A program made the translations under genes and the position numbers. The notes under the pieces were generated by a model. That model was not told the DNA's origin, ran no database searches, and saw nothing but the letters and a program-made list of their open reading frames with translations. Shown here piece after piece: positions 20,661 through 30,126 of a DNA stretch of 64,000 nucleotides. How positions within the stretch are numbered: position 1 is the stretch's first letter; every line of letters starts with the position of its first letter. This DNA is from Gammaproteobacteria bacterium (GTDB taxonomy: Bacteria; Pseudomonadota; Gammaproteobacteria; Pseudomonadales; JAUIET01): positions 6,252 through 70,251 of the forward strand of contig JAUIET010000014.1 of the NCBI GenBank assembly GCA_030429735.1, in the 5' to 3' direction.

Positions 20661-20781
20661 AAATCACAGCAGAACGAAGTGTAATTGTCGCTCGCCGATA
20701 TGTACCGCAATTTAGCCGGTACTTTTCAAACGTCGTGCAATAATCCAAATTGCTTGCCGAGCGGGTCGCGTGTAACCTCTG

Positions 20782-22629
20782 ATGATGAATCGAATTCTCA
20801 GTTGGTTTGAAGGCTTGGTTGACCCCTACCCCAACGAACCACCACGACAAGCGCCAGACACTCTGTTTCAGTTCTGCCGATACTTCACCCGAAGTGTCGA
20901 ACCGCTGCTGATTCTGATGGCAATACTGACCGCCCTGATCGCCATCAGCGAGGCGATGCTTTACGCTGTATTGGGCCAGCTGGTCGACTGGCTGGCGCTG
21001 CGTGACCCACAGTATTTCCTTGAACAGGAGTGGCCATTGCTGCTGGCATTCAGCGTTTTCATACTGCTTGTGATTCCTCTGCTGGTGGTGGCCAACACCT
21101 TGCTTGTACATCAAACACTGATGGGTAATTTTCCAATGATTGTCCGTTGGCAAGCGCATCGCTACTTGCTTGACCAGAGCTATTCGTTTTTCCAGCAAGA
21201 GTTTTCAGGTCGCATTGCAACCAAACTGATGCAAACAGCCCTGGCCGTGCGCGACACCGTGATGACGGTGCTGGATGTCATGGTGTTTGTGCTGGTGTAT
21301 TTTGTGACAACGCTGATACTGGTCATTAATGCGGATTGGCGCTTGTGTCTACCCATCCTTGCATGGCTTTGCTTGTACATAATGTGCCTGCGGTATTTTC
21401 TGCCAAAGCTCGAGAGTATTTCCAGTCGCCAGGCCGACGCTCGCGCCGATATGACCGGCCGAATTGTCGATAGCTATTCAAACATATTAACCTTAAAACT
21501 GTTTTCCCATTCGGAGCGCGAATCTGGCTATGCACGCAAAGCCATGCACAAATTCATGGGCACTGTGCATCCGCAGATGCGGCTGGTATCAGGGCTGGAT
21601 ATTTGTGTATGGAGCGTCAACATGTTGCTGGTGTTTACAACCGCAGCTTTCGGCCTGTACTTATGGGCCAATGCTGCAGTCTCACCGGGTGCAATAGCCA
21701 TTGCAATGGCTATTGCGATTCGCCTGACAGGCATGTCGCACTGGATAATGTGGGAAGTAAGCCAGCTGTTTGAGAACATCGGCACAATGCATGATGGCAT
21801 GAATACCTTGTCTGTTCGACAGCAAGTAGTCGACGCACCAGATGCCAAGGAGCTGCTCGTAACCAACGGTCAAATTGAGTTCCAAGACGTGAACTTCGGC
21901 TACCAAGGCGGCTCAGACAGTACTGTCGTGTTCGAAAACTTCGACTTGTCGATCGCTGCCGGTGAAAAAATTGGCCTGGTAGGGCGATCGGGTGCCGGAA
22001 AATCCACTCTCGTAAATGTGTTGCTGCGTTTCTATGACATAGATTCAGGCAACATTTGCATCGACAAGCAAAATATCGCGGGCGTTACTCAGAAAAGCTT
22101 GCGCGAAAATATTGCAACTGTTTCGCAAGACACGTCTCTTCTTCATCGCACAGTGCGCGAGAACATTATGTTCGGCCGACCCGGCGCAACTGACAGTGAG
22201 CTGTTTGCGGCTGCAAAAAAAGCACAAGCCCATGATTTCATATTGAATCTGCGCGACTCAGAAGGGAGAACCGGCTACGAAGCTCACGTAGGCGAACGTG
22301 GTGTCACCCTGTCGGGCGGGCAACGTCAGCGCATAGCCATTGCGCGAGTATTACTAAAAGATGCGCCTATTCTAATTCTGGACGAAGCCACCTCGGCATT
22401 GGACTCTGAAATCGAATCAGCCATTCAGCAGTGCCTCTACGAATTGATGGCCGGAAAAACCGTCATTGCTATCGCGCACCGACTGTCAACGATCGCCGCG
22501 ATGGACAGGTTAATCGTTCTTGATGAAGGTAGTATTGTCGAACAGGGTACTCACCAGCAGCTATTGGACAACGGCAAGGTGTACCACAATCTTTGGGCAC
22601 ATCAGTCAGGCGGTTTTTTAGGGGGCTAG
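20782..22629 (+). CDS. ABC exporter, fused permease and ATP-binding domains
   Basis: N-terminal TM domain, Walker A GRSGAGKS, LSGGQRQ signature, ILILDEAT, AHRL. Confidence 0.95.
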   Translation: MMNRILSWFEGLVDPYPNEPPRQAPDTLFQFCRYFTRSVEPLLILMAILTALIAISEAMLYAVLGQLVDWLALRDPQYFLEQEWPLLLAFSVFILLVIPLLVVANTLLVHQTLMGNFPMIVRWQAHRYLLDQSYSFFQQEFSGRIATKLMQTALAVRDTVMTVLDVMVFVLVYFVTTLILVINADWRLCLPILAWLCLYIMCLRYFLPKLESISSRQADARADMTGRIVDSYSNILTLKLFSHSERESGYARKAMHKFMGTVHPQMRLVSGLDICVWSVNMLLVFTTAAFGLYLWANAAVSPGAIAIAMAIAIRLTGMSHWIMWEVSQLFENIGTMHDGMNTLSVRQQVVDAPDAKELLVTNGQIEFQDVNFGYQGGSDSTVVFENFDLSIAAGEKIGLVGRSGAGKSTLVNVLLRFYDIDSGNICIDKQNIAGVTQKSLRENIATVSQDTSLLHRTVRENIMFGRPGATDSELFAAAKKAQAHDFILNLRDSEGRTGYEAHVGERGVTLSGGQRQRIAIARVLLKDAPILILDEATSALDSEIESAIQQCLYELMAGKTVIAIAHRLSTIAAMDRLIVLDEGSIVEQGTHQQLLDNGKVYHNLWAHQSGGFLGG

Positions 22630-22667
22630 CCCGCATTGCTCATGAACGCGCGAAGCGAAAGCGTCAA

Positions 22668-22768
22668 CAGTCTGTAAAACACGGTGTGGCGCGGACTGGA
22701 AGGCGCACAGGCGTACTTGGCAGTCCGTCGAGCACCTGGAAGGAGCACGCACCGTGTTTTATAGGCTG
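22668..22768. repeat. 101-bp palindromic (MITE-like) element with 21-bp imperfect terminal inverted repeats
   Basis: CAGTCTGTAAAACACGGTGTG ... CGCACCGTGTTTTATAGGCTG match at 18/21, and all three differences are G-U compatible. Internal AGGCGTAC-N6-GTCCGTCGAG core and two CTGGAAGG copies. Confidence 0.6.
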
Positions 22769-23430
22769 GTGGCGTTTGCAGCCGTGGGTTCATGATCAAT
22801 GCGGGCTAGCAGCTGCATTGCTGTTATAAATACAGATTCGGCCGTTACTCTTTTCGCATAGCCGTCAATAAATATCTTACCTACGATTTTTCGGTCAGCG
22901 TTGACAAGGAATATGCCTGGGTAAGGAATGCCATACGCATCATCACCAGGCGCGTACGCCTGGTCGAGAATGCCAAGCGCGTTAACACTGGTCGCATCAA
23001 TATCTGACAAAAATGGATACTCGATCCCATTTTTATCCGCGAACGACTTTTGTATCTCAGGGGCATCGTAGGTGAGTGCTACGACGCCAATGCCAGCTTC
23101 GTTAAAGTCTTTAAATTTGCTTTGCAATTGCACGAATTGCGCCATGCAGAAGGGTCACCAATCAACCGAGCGATTGGCAATAAAAATCATCCCTTTGTCT
23201 TTGATAAATTCATCAATGCGGGTAATCTCGCGCCCATCATAAATGGCTTTGATGTCGGGAAAGGGATTGTTAATGAGCATGCCCGGATCAAAATCATCGT
23301 TGTCTTCCGGAAGGTACATATCCGCCAGCATCAGATCCAACGCGGATTCCTTCAGCTGGTCTTTGAACACATAGGTCCCGGCCAGCAGCATGGCGGCAAC
23401 AGCCGCCGCAGACACCAGAATTTTGTTCAT
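22759..23430 (-). CDS. peroxiredoxin-like (AhpC/TSA, thioredoxin-fold) selenoprotein, UxxC motif, Sec at TGA 23155-23157
   Basis: ORFs 23155..23430 and 22759..23145 are in frame: FIANRSVDW-[TGA]-PFC-MAQFVQLQ, 223 aa on readthrough. N-terminal signal/anchor; downstream VVALTYD, FLSD and PYPGIFLV Prx-like motifs. Confidence 0.85.
23124..23140 (-). promoter_or_regulatory. candidate bacterial SECIS element for the Prx-like gene
   Basis: GCAAUU-CGUGC-AAUUGC hairpin 15-31 nt after the UGA, with GU in the apical loop. Confidence 0.55.
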
Positions 23431-23451
23431 GTGCTCAGTTAACTCCGCCAG

Positions 23452-24666
23452 TCATTGTTTGCTCGCAACGCGGCGCATTATGATTGGACCCAACTTGCGT
23501 TGCAGCGGACCCAACAGTTTTTTAAAACGGCCAAGCGGCGGCGTATTTTTTGACGATTCAAAACGCCGTAATTGCAGGGCTTCAGCTGCCGCATCCATCA
23601 TTGGCTGTCTCTGTGCATCTACCGGTATGCCGGTTGAATCGGCAATGCGAACCATACGCTGGAAGTTGGCCGCCACACAGGCAGCGTCTACCACCACGTC
23701 TGCACCCGCAACAGTCAATAGGGCATCGCGAGTACGTGAAAGTTCCAACTCATCTCGCGACGCGATTGCCGTTGCAAACTCCATTAGTTCACGCGCCCAC
23801 TGCAATTGACTGCTCTGTGCGGCACCCGCATGTCCATTCACCATCTGTAAATCGATCTTGGAAGCGGTTTTATCGGCACTCAAACTGAGCATCGTAGCGT
23901 GTGAGCTGGTTCAGTAAAAACACTCATTATGTGACGACACCCTGCCGGCCACCAATTCCATCTGCATTCTATTCAAGGAGCGATGCGTATCGGCAAGCAT
24001 AGTCATCATCTGTTTCATACTGAGATACTGGGCGTTCGCCACCAACATCCATTCACGGACCGCGTTGGGCACAGCGCTTAACGCACGCAGCACGTTAGCC
24101 GATCTCTGTTTTGGCCAAAGGTCACGCTCCTGTGGACCAAGGTCTTTCTCGGCAATCATCGGCACCTGCCCGGTCTCCATTGATAAACCAGGTGGCGTGT
24201 AGCGCGTTGGCTCACCTTCAACCGGGGCGGGGAGCGGCTCTCTAGGTAACCCAAGTGCGCGCATCGATTCGTCGATGCTGAATACCGTCACCGCAACCCC
24301 TATTAACTCAACCAAGGCCAAATGTGGCAGGTCGTCAGCGTTAAGAGTGTCGATATAACGTTTGGTGATCCGGGACTGGTCGGTGATAACGCGGTGCGCG
24401 GCGTCAATCGCGTTCGTGGAAATCACAGCGGCACTGCTGTCTGCGCTGTCGTGCTCACCATCGTACTGATAGGGCGACAGCGCTTGTTTTCGTTCAGCGC
24501 AAAGAGCGCAGTCAATCGCTCTGCGCGTCTCTTCCGCAATCGCCACTCTTTGTGCACCAGTCCACCAGGTGCCGGCCTCTGCTAGCGCACGCCAATACTC
24601 GCGATAAGCGAGCTTCAGATCGTCTCGAATCGCAAAAGCAGATTGTGAAAACTGGAAAGCGTGCAT
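23452..24666 (-). CDS. AhpD/carboxymuconolactone decarboxylase-like selenoprotein, CxxU motif, Sec at TGA 23911-23913
   Basis: ORFs 23911..24666 and 23452..23892 are in frame: ELVAGRVSSHNECFY-[TGA]-TSSHATMLSLS, matching AhpD E-x9-C-x-x-C-x3-H; 404 aa on readthrough. Confidence 0.85.
23874..23894 (-). promoter_or_regulatory. candidate bacterial SECIS element for the AhpD-like gene
   Basis: CG-A-UGCUCA-GUU-UGAGUG-C-CG stem-loop 17-37 nt after the UGA; the loop starts with GU. Confidence 0.55.
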
Positions 24667-24747
24667 GGCGGTGCCAGAAACTAGCTTCCGTGCACTATAG
24701 GGTCAATTTGAACCGCGGGCAAGTTCGGCAAGCATACAGAGCAGGAT

Positions 24748-25194
24748 CTACTGGAAATCCTCGGCAGTACTTTTTGCCATCTCTTCCAGGAACCAATCCG
24801 GAAACTGCGAGACAAATTTCTGCAAATCCCAGTAATCGCTCCATCGATACACTTTGCCATCTTTCATTTCGTGCATGCTCGCAAACGTATGGGCCGCTGT
24901 TTCACCCGACTTGAACGTCCAGGTTTCAGTATGGTCCAGGAACACCACGTCGCCATCTGCGGCGATGTGATGGGTTTCCTGCTCCTGTTTTTCCAGGTGG
25001 GCAAACGCGATCATCAGTCGCTTAACAGTGTTCTCTGGACCATGCGCCCCTGGATCGTCAGACGGTACATCTCGATAGTGTATTTCCGGGTGCATGCAGT
25101 CTTTCATGGTTTCCCAGTCCATGTCAGACAGTGCCCGCCACATTGTTTCAACTACTGCCTTGTTTTGTTCAGATCTGGTTTGCTTCGCTGACAT
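24748..25194 (-). CDS. NTF2/SnoaL family protein, limonene-1,2-epoxide hydrolase-like
   Basis: HHIAADGDVVFLDHTETW and HEMKDGKVYRWSDYWD motifs; GGAG RBS. Confidence 0.8.
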   Translation of the reverse strand: MSAKQTRSEQNKAVVETMWRALSDMDWETMKDCMHPEIHYRDVPSDDPGAHGPENTVKRLMIAFAHLEKQEQETHHIAADGDVVFLDHTETWTFKSGETAAHTFASMHEMKDGKVYRWSDYWDLQKFVSQFPDWFLEEMAKSTAEDFQ

Positions 25195-25310
25195 GGCTTG
25201 ATACTCCGGTGAACGCTTGTACTCGCACCTGGCATTGGTGTAAACGCAGTGTAAGGCAATGAAACTGCGAATACGATAGAATCACATGTCGAATAAGAAA
25301 GGCTGGCACA

Positions 25311-25568
25311 GTGAAAGCTATATTTTGGGGGCTGGTAACAGCGCTGTTTCTACGTTTTGGCCTTGAGCCAACGGCCTGGTTTTTTTATGAAATCAGCCAT
25401 CTTTTCAGTGTTGGCTGGCTCTATTGGGGCTATAGCGTATTCCGCGGACTGGCATTCGTACTTGATTTGTACGGCTATCACCTGATCGTCTCCCTAGCCG
25501 GAGGCCTTGTCGTAGGCTCTATTGTTGGCCTGCTATCTCGCCACTCACATTCGGAGCGTAAGACATGA
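25311..25568 (+). CDS. small hypothetical membrane protein
   Basis: 85 aa, hydrophobic, GTG start; ATGA overlap with the next gene. Confidence 0.6.
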   Translation: MKAIFWGLVTALFLRFGLEPTAWFFYEISHLFSVGWLYWGYSVFRGLAFVLDLYGYHLIVSLAGGLVVGSIVGLLSRHSHSERKT

Positions 25569-26212
25569 ATCGCCGCGAATTTTTACAGTGTGCTGCACTG
25601 CTCACAGCAGGGTCCGGTGTTGTACCTGATACCTGGGCGCTGACACTCGAACAGCAGACTTATCTGGGCGCCAGAGGCTCTTATCTTGACCGGGTAACAT
25701 TGACACTATTCTCGGGCGAGCAACGAGCGATGGTAGCTGCAATGAGCGAGCTGACCATTCCGCGCACCGATACTCCAGGAGCAATAGATGCCGGCGTTCC
25801 GCAATTTATAGAGGCCATGGTTTCGGCCTGGTTTAACGATGAAGAGCGGGCGAATTTTATGAAAGGGCTGGCTGAGCTGGACCGACGCGCAAACGGATAT
25901 CTCCGCCAGGATGCGGATCAACAGCTGGCTTTACTCGAAGCGCTTGAAGATGAAGCGTCTGACGCGGAATGGTTTCGAATGGGCAATACCATGCGCATCT
26001 GGGATTCGAATGCGCCTTTTATTTGCCAGTTCAAGGAACTGACCATTCTTGGCTTCATGTTATCTGAAACAGGTGCCAGGCAATTTCTGACACCAAACCC
26101 AATGGGGGCATTTGACGGCAGTGTCAGCTTGCAGCCGGAGCAACGCACGTATTCCACACAGACGCCCATGCGCTCAGTCAGTCCACCCATCAGTGCCGCC
26201 GAGGATTTGTAA
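25565..26212 (+). CDS. gluconate 2-dehydrogenase subunit 3 family (Tat-exported partner of GMC flavoprotein)
   Basis: Twin-arginine motif NRREFL; IPRTDTPGAIDAGVPQFI and KELTILGF motifs. Confidence 0.88.
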   Translation: MNRREFLQCAALLTAGSGVVPDTWALTLEQQTYLGARGSYLDRVTLTLFSGEQRAMVAAMSELTIPRTDTPGAIDAGVPQFIEAMVSAWFNDEERANFMKGLAELDRRANGYLRQDADQQLALLEALEDEASDAEWFRMGNTMRIWDSNAPFICQFKELTILGFMLSETGARQFLTPNPMGAFDGSVSLQPEQRTYSTQTPMRSVSPPISAAEDL

Positions 26213-27918
26213 TGCCGGAAAACAATGCAACAGAGTTTGATGCCATTGTTGTTGGCTCGGGCATTTCAGGTGGCTGGGCGGCAAAAGAGTTGACTGAGCG
26301 AGGTCTTAGAGTTCTTGTACTCGAGCGCGGCAAGAACATCGAGCACGGCAAAGATTACATTGGCGAACACGCCAACAGCTGGAATCTCGATTACTACGGC
26401 ATGCCTGACCGTGAGTTAATCGCCAGTGACTACCCCATCCAAAGCGACTCTTATGCGTTGATGGCGACCAATTTGCAGTACTGGAATAACGACCGGCTGA
26501 ATCCCTACCTACAGACCGAGGGCAAACCTTTCAGTTGGAAACGCGCTGACGTTGTAGGTGGTCGCTCACTGCTATGGGGCCGGCAAACCTACCGCTGGAG
26601 TGATGCTGATTTCAAGGCCAATGCCCGTGATGGTATTCAGATACCCTGGCCGCTTGACTACAAAGAGATAGAGCCGTGGTACAGCTACGTAGAGGAATTT
26701 GCCGGCATCAGTGGTCAGGAGGAAGGCCTGGAGCATTTACCCGACAGCAAATTCCTGCCTCCGATGGAATACTATGAACTGGAAAAAACCATAAAAAAGC
26801 GCGTCGAAAAGAAACTCGACAACGTGAAAATCACAATGGGGCGCTGTGCTGTACTGACCCGGGAACACAAGGGGCGCGCACCCTGTCACTACTGCGGTCC
26901 TTGCCACAACGGCTGCTCAACGGGTAGCTACTTTAGCTCGCAGAGTTCTACCCTGCCAGCTGCGCGAGCAACAGGAAACCTCACCTTACTGCCGAATCAA
27001 TTGGTCAGTAAGCTCGTCCACAACGACGCAGGTGACAAGATTGTTGCGGTAAACACCATTGATACTGTTAGTAAAGAACAACGAAGCTTTTCAGCAAAGC
27101 TGATTTTTTTGTGTGCGTCAACCGTTGCCAGTACCCAGATACTATTGAACTCCGCAAGTAGTTCACACCCCAATGGTCTGGCAAATGCCAGCGGCGCGCT
27201 GGGAAAATACGTGATGGACCATGGCATGATCGGCCACATGGGGATGTTTGTTGACCACCCAGATATGTATTTTAAAGGCAACCGCCCCAATGGTTTGTAC
27301 ATACCCCGCTTTCGAAACATAGGGCGACAAGACGAGGATGCCGACTTTATTCGCGGTTACGGTTATCAGGCGCATTGTCTACGCCCAGACTGGCAGACCT
27401 CGTTCAATCAGCGTGGATTTGGCGCCAAATTAAAGGAATCACTGGGCAAACCCGGTTCGTTCTGGATTTGGGCAATGGGTGGCTTCTTTGAATGTCTGCC
27501 CTACGAAAGTAACCAGATTCGATTACACCCACAGAAAACCGACCGTTTCGGCGTGCCCCTGGTCGTCACCGAATTTGACTGGGGTGACAACGAACGCAAA
27601 ATCGCGGCAGACACAGCGACACAAGCAGAAAAAATACTGCGCGCAGCTGGCTCTCTATACCATATCTTAAGTAAACCTGAACAGATGAGCGTCGGCGGTG
27701 CCGGCATTCACGAAATGGGTACCGCTCGCATGGGCGATGACCCGGGCAAGTCGGTACTGAACAAATACAATCAGGCGCATGAAGTGAGCAATCTGTTTGT
27801 TACCGATGGGTCGTTCATGACCTCAGCGTCGTGCGTCAATCCATCACTAACCTACATGGCCTTTACTGCCCGGGCGGTAGACTACGCAGTAAAACAGCTT
27901 AATGAGGGCCAGATTTAG
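26212..27918 (+). CDS. GMC family oxidoreductase (glycoside 3-dehydrogenase-like flavoprotein)
   Basis: VVGSGISGG, GGRSLLWG, Cys cluster CHYCGPCHNGC, HEMGTARMG and NPSLTYMA motifs; TAATG overlap with the upstream gene. Confidence 0.92.
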   Translation: MPENNATEFDAIVVGSGISGGWAAKELTERGLRVLVLERGKNIEHGKDYIGEHANSWNLDYYGMPDRELIASDYPIQSDSYALMATNLQYWNNDRLNPYLQTEGKPFSWKRADVVGGRSLLWGRQTYRWSDADFKANARDGIQIPWPLDYKEIEPWYSYVEEFAGISGQEEGLEHLPDSKFLPPMEYYELEKTIKKRVEKKLDNVKITMGRCAVLTREHKGRAPCHYCGPCHNGCSTGSYFSSQSSTLPAARATGNLTLLPNQLVSKLVHNDAGDKIVAVNTIDTVSKEQRSFSAKLIFLCASTVASTQILLNSASSSHPNGLANASGALGKYVMDHGMIGHMGMFVDHPDMYFKGNRPNGLYIPRFRNIGRQDEDADFIRGYGYQAHCLRPDWQTSFNQRGFGAKLKESLGKPGSFWIWAMGGFFECLPYESNQIRLHPQKTDRFGVPLVVTEFDWGDNERKIAADTATQAEKILRAAGSLYHILSKPEQMSVGGAGIHEMGTARMGDDPGKSVLNKYNQAHEVSNLFVTDGSFMTSASCVNPSLTYMAFTARAVDYAVKQLNEGQI

Positions 27919-27943
27919 TGTTGCAGCAAGTCGCGGCATCTCT

Positions 27944-28486
27944 ATGAACAGGCAAGCTGAGAACGAGCACTCAACAATGATTAAGGGGCTGAGTTACGCA
28001 GCCCTCACCATTGCCGTCGTGATGTTGGGCTACCTGTACTTTGATGATGCGATTGAGCAGCAACGAAACCCCAACCGCTCACCATCCACTCAGGTGTCCA
28101 GCCAGCAAGTGAGTGTTGTTCTGCAGCGCAATAAGTTTGGGCATTATGTCAGCAGCGGTGAAATCAATGGCAAGCCTGTAGAATTCTTCCTGGATACCGG
28201 GGCTACCGACGTCAGTATACCGGCGCAGCTGGAGAAGCAACTGGGCCTGACCCGCGGTCGTGCTGTGTCAGTGATGACAGCCAACGGCGTAGTGTCTGTC
28301 TACTCGACATTGTTGAGGCAAGTGAATATTGGTCCGATCACCTTGCGCAATGTTCAGGCCAACATTAACCCTCACATGCCGGGCCAGGATATACTGCTGG
28401 GCATGTCGTTTCTTGGCCGATTGGATTTCAGCCAAAGTGGCAATGCACTAACGCTTAAACAATATCTGCCGGGCTCACCGATGTAA
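27944..28486 (+). CDS. clan AA (retropepsin-like) aspartic protease, TIGR02281 type
   Basis: TM anchor; GHY, FLDTGAT, TANG and LLGMSFL motifs. Start 27944 or slightly later. Confidence 0.9.
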   Translation: MNRQAENEHSTMIKGLSYAALTIAVVMLGYLYFDDAIEQQRNPNRSPSTQVSSQQVSVVLQRNKFGHYVSSGEINGKPVEFFLDTGATDVSIPAQLEKQLGLTRGRAVSVMTANGVVSVYSTLLRQVNIGPITLRNVQANINPHMPGQDILLGMSFLGRLDFSQSGNALTLKQYLPGSPM

Positions 28487-28511
28487 GCGGCGGGCATCGG
28501 GCGCTCGCCTC

Positions 28512-29276
28512 TTAATCCTCAGCAGGCACCCAGGGCGCGTCTTTCCGCTCTCTGAATGCCTTTATGCCTTGCGCCGCTTCGTCTGAGCCGAACAAAGCCG
28601 CTGAAACACCCGCCGTCCACTCAAAAGCGGCGGTTCGATCCATATCCGGAACCTTAACCACCAGTTGTTTTGCTGCGGCCAGTGCCATGGGCCCGCCGCG
28701 GACCAGCTTGGCCAGCAATTCATCAAGCTTCGAATCCAGCTCTGCTCGCGGTACCGCGTGATTCAGCAAGCCCAATTGTGCCGCATACGACGAAGACACA
28801 CGCTCACCAGACAGAAACAACTCCATGGCATCGCCATAGCGCATTTTCGGTAGACAAACCACCGAGATAATAGCCGGTGCAACCCCAATCCGAACTTCGG
28901 TAAACCCCAACTTGATATCGTCAGCGGCAATGGATACATCACAAGCCGCCGCCAAACCAACACCACCTCCCATACAATGCCCTGCAATCCGTCCTACCAC
29001 GGGTTTGCTGCTGGTTTGCATCAACCCAAACAGCTCAGGTAGCTGATAACGCGGTTCCACACTGCTGTCACCTTTGAGGTCCGCCCCGGCACAAAATGTA
29101 TTGCCGTGATTGGTTAACACAATTGCGCGTACAGCAGTGTCCTGCTCGGCACGCTTAAGGTTGTCGCCGAGTGAGTTAAGCAATCCGGCACTCAGTGCGT
29201 TCTTGTTGTCTTCCCGGTTGAGCGTAATTGTGGCAACGCCCTGTTGTGCTGCGTACAAGGTATCTTCGTTACCCAT
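28512..29276 (-). CDS. enoyl-CoA hydratase/isomerase (methylglutaconyl-CoA hydratase-like)
   Basis: FCAGADL, GHCMGGGVGL and FTEVRIGVAPA motifs; ATG 29276 chosen to avoid overlap with the divergent gene. Confidence 0.9.
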   Translation of the reverse strand: MGNEDTLYAAQQGVATITLNREDNKNALSAGLLNSLGDNLKRAEQDTAVRAIVLTNHGNTFCAGADLKGDSSVEPRYQLPELFGLMQTSSKPVVGRIAGHCMGGGVGLAAACDVSIAADDIKLGFTEVRIGVAPAIISVVCLPKMRYGDAMELFLSGERVSSSYAAQLGLLNHAVPRAELDSKLDELLAKLVRGGPMALAAAKQLVVKVPDMDRTAAFEWTAGVSAALFGSDEAAQGIKAFRERKDAPWVPAED

Positions 29277-29382
29277 AAGTAATTGCCGCTTGACCGCGGC
29301 CCTCATTTCAATAGACTGTTGGCATAAACTCTGCCATATCTCTGCAGCCCAGTAAAGCGGCGCGAATTTATTCCACGCCCTA

Positions 29383-30075
29383 ATGAGAGACAATATGATC
29401 AACTACGAACTCAACGATGACATCGCCGTATTGAGCATGGACGATGGCAAGGCAAATGTAGTTGGGCACGCGTTAATAGACGATATTCATACCTATCTGG
29501 ACCGCGCAGAGCAGGAAGCCAAAGCCGTGGTCATTGCGGGTCGGGAAGGAATATTCTCCGGTGGCTTTGATCTCGCCGAGTTTGCCAAAGGCGCGGACGC
29601 CTCCCTGGCATTGGTTCAACGCGGCTTCCCAATGCTGCTGCGTCTGTTCAAGCACCCACAGCCTCTGGTCGCAGCCTGCACAGGCCATGGCATCGCCGCA
29701 GGCTCATTTATGCTATTGGCCTGTGACACGCGAGTTGCGGTGTCTGGCAACTACACACACCGCCTGCCAGAAACCGCAATTGGCATGACACTGCCTGTGG
29801 TATTGCATGAGTTTGCCGCTGCGCGTTTGTCGCGCCGTTTTTTGACCGCGGCGGTTATTCAAGCGCAGGCGTTTACGCCCGAGCAGGCAGTTGAAGCCGG
29901 GTTTGTGGACGAGCTTGTTGAGCCAGACGCGGTACTTTCGCGCGCAACTGATATAGCTAAAATGTTAGCCGAAATGCCCGTCGAGGTGTACGCACAGAAC
30001 AAACTGGATTGCCGGCGCCAGTCAATTGAACGCATGCAAGCGAGCATTGATGAAATTCTTGCTGGAAGTAGCTGA
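29383..30075 (+). CDS. crotonase/enoyl-CoA hydratase family protein
   Basis: MDDGKAN, FSGGFDL, CTGHGIAAG and LPETAIG motifs. Confidence 0.9.
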   Translation: MRDNMINYELNDDIAVLSMDDGKANVVGHALIDDIHTYLDRAEQEAKAVVIAGREGIFSGGFDLAEFAKGADASLALVQRGFPMLLRLFKHPQPLVAACTGHGIAAGSFMLLACDTRVAVSGNYTHRLPETAIGMTLPVVLHEFAAARLSRRFLTAAVIQAQAFTPEQAVEAGFVDELVEPDAVLSRATDIAKMLAEMPVEVYAQNKLDCRRQSIERMQASIDEILAGSS

Positions 30076-30126
30076 CAATAGAACTGTTTACATGATCAAC
30101 TCACTGAATAATAAAAGGTTAACATT

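Noticed and set aside
20605-21198. 197-aa minus-strand ORF that might extend the DUF1254 gene by frameshift
   Set aside because: Mostly antisense to the well-supported ABC exporter, with no DUF1254-like sequence.
22630-22770. tRNA-Sec next to the selenoprotein genes
   Set aside because: Structured, but no UCA anticodon arm, TTCGA T-loop or CCA end; better explained as a palindromic element.
22759-24666. Four separate small genes or two pseudogenes
   Set aside because: Both TGA codons coincide with redox Cys positions, the frames continue, and SECIS-like hairpins follow.
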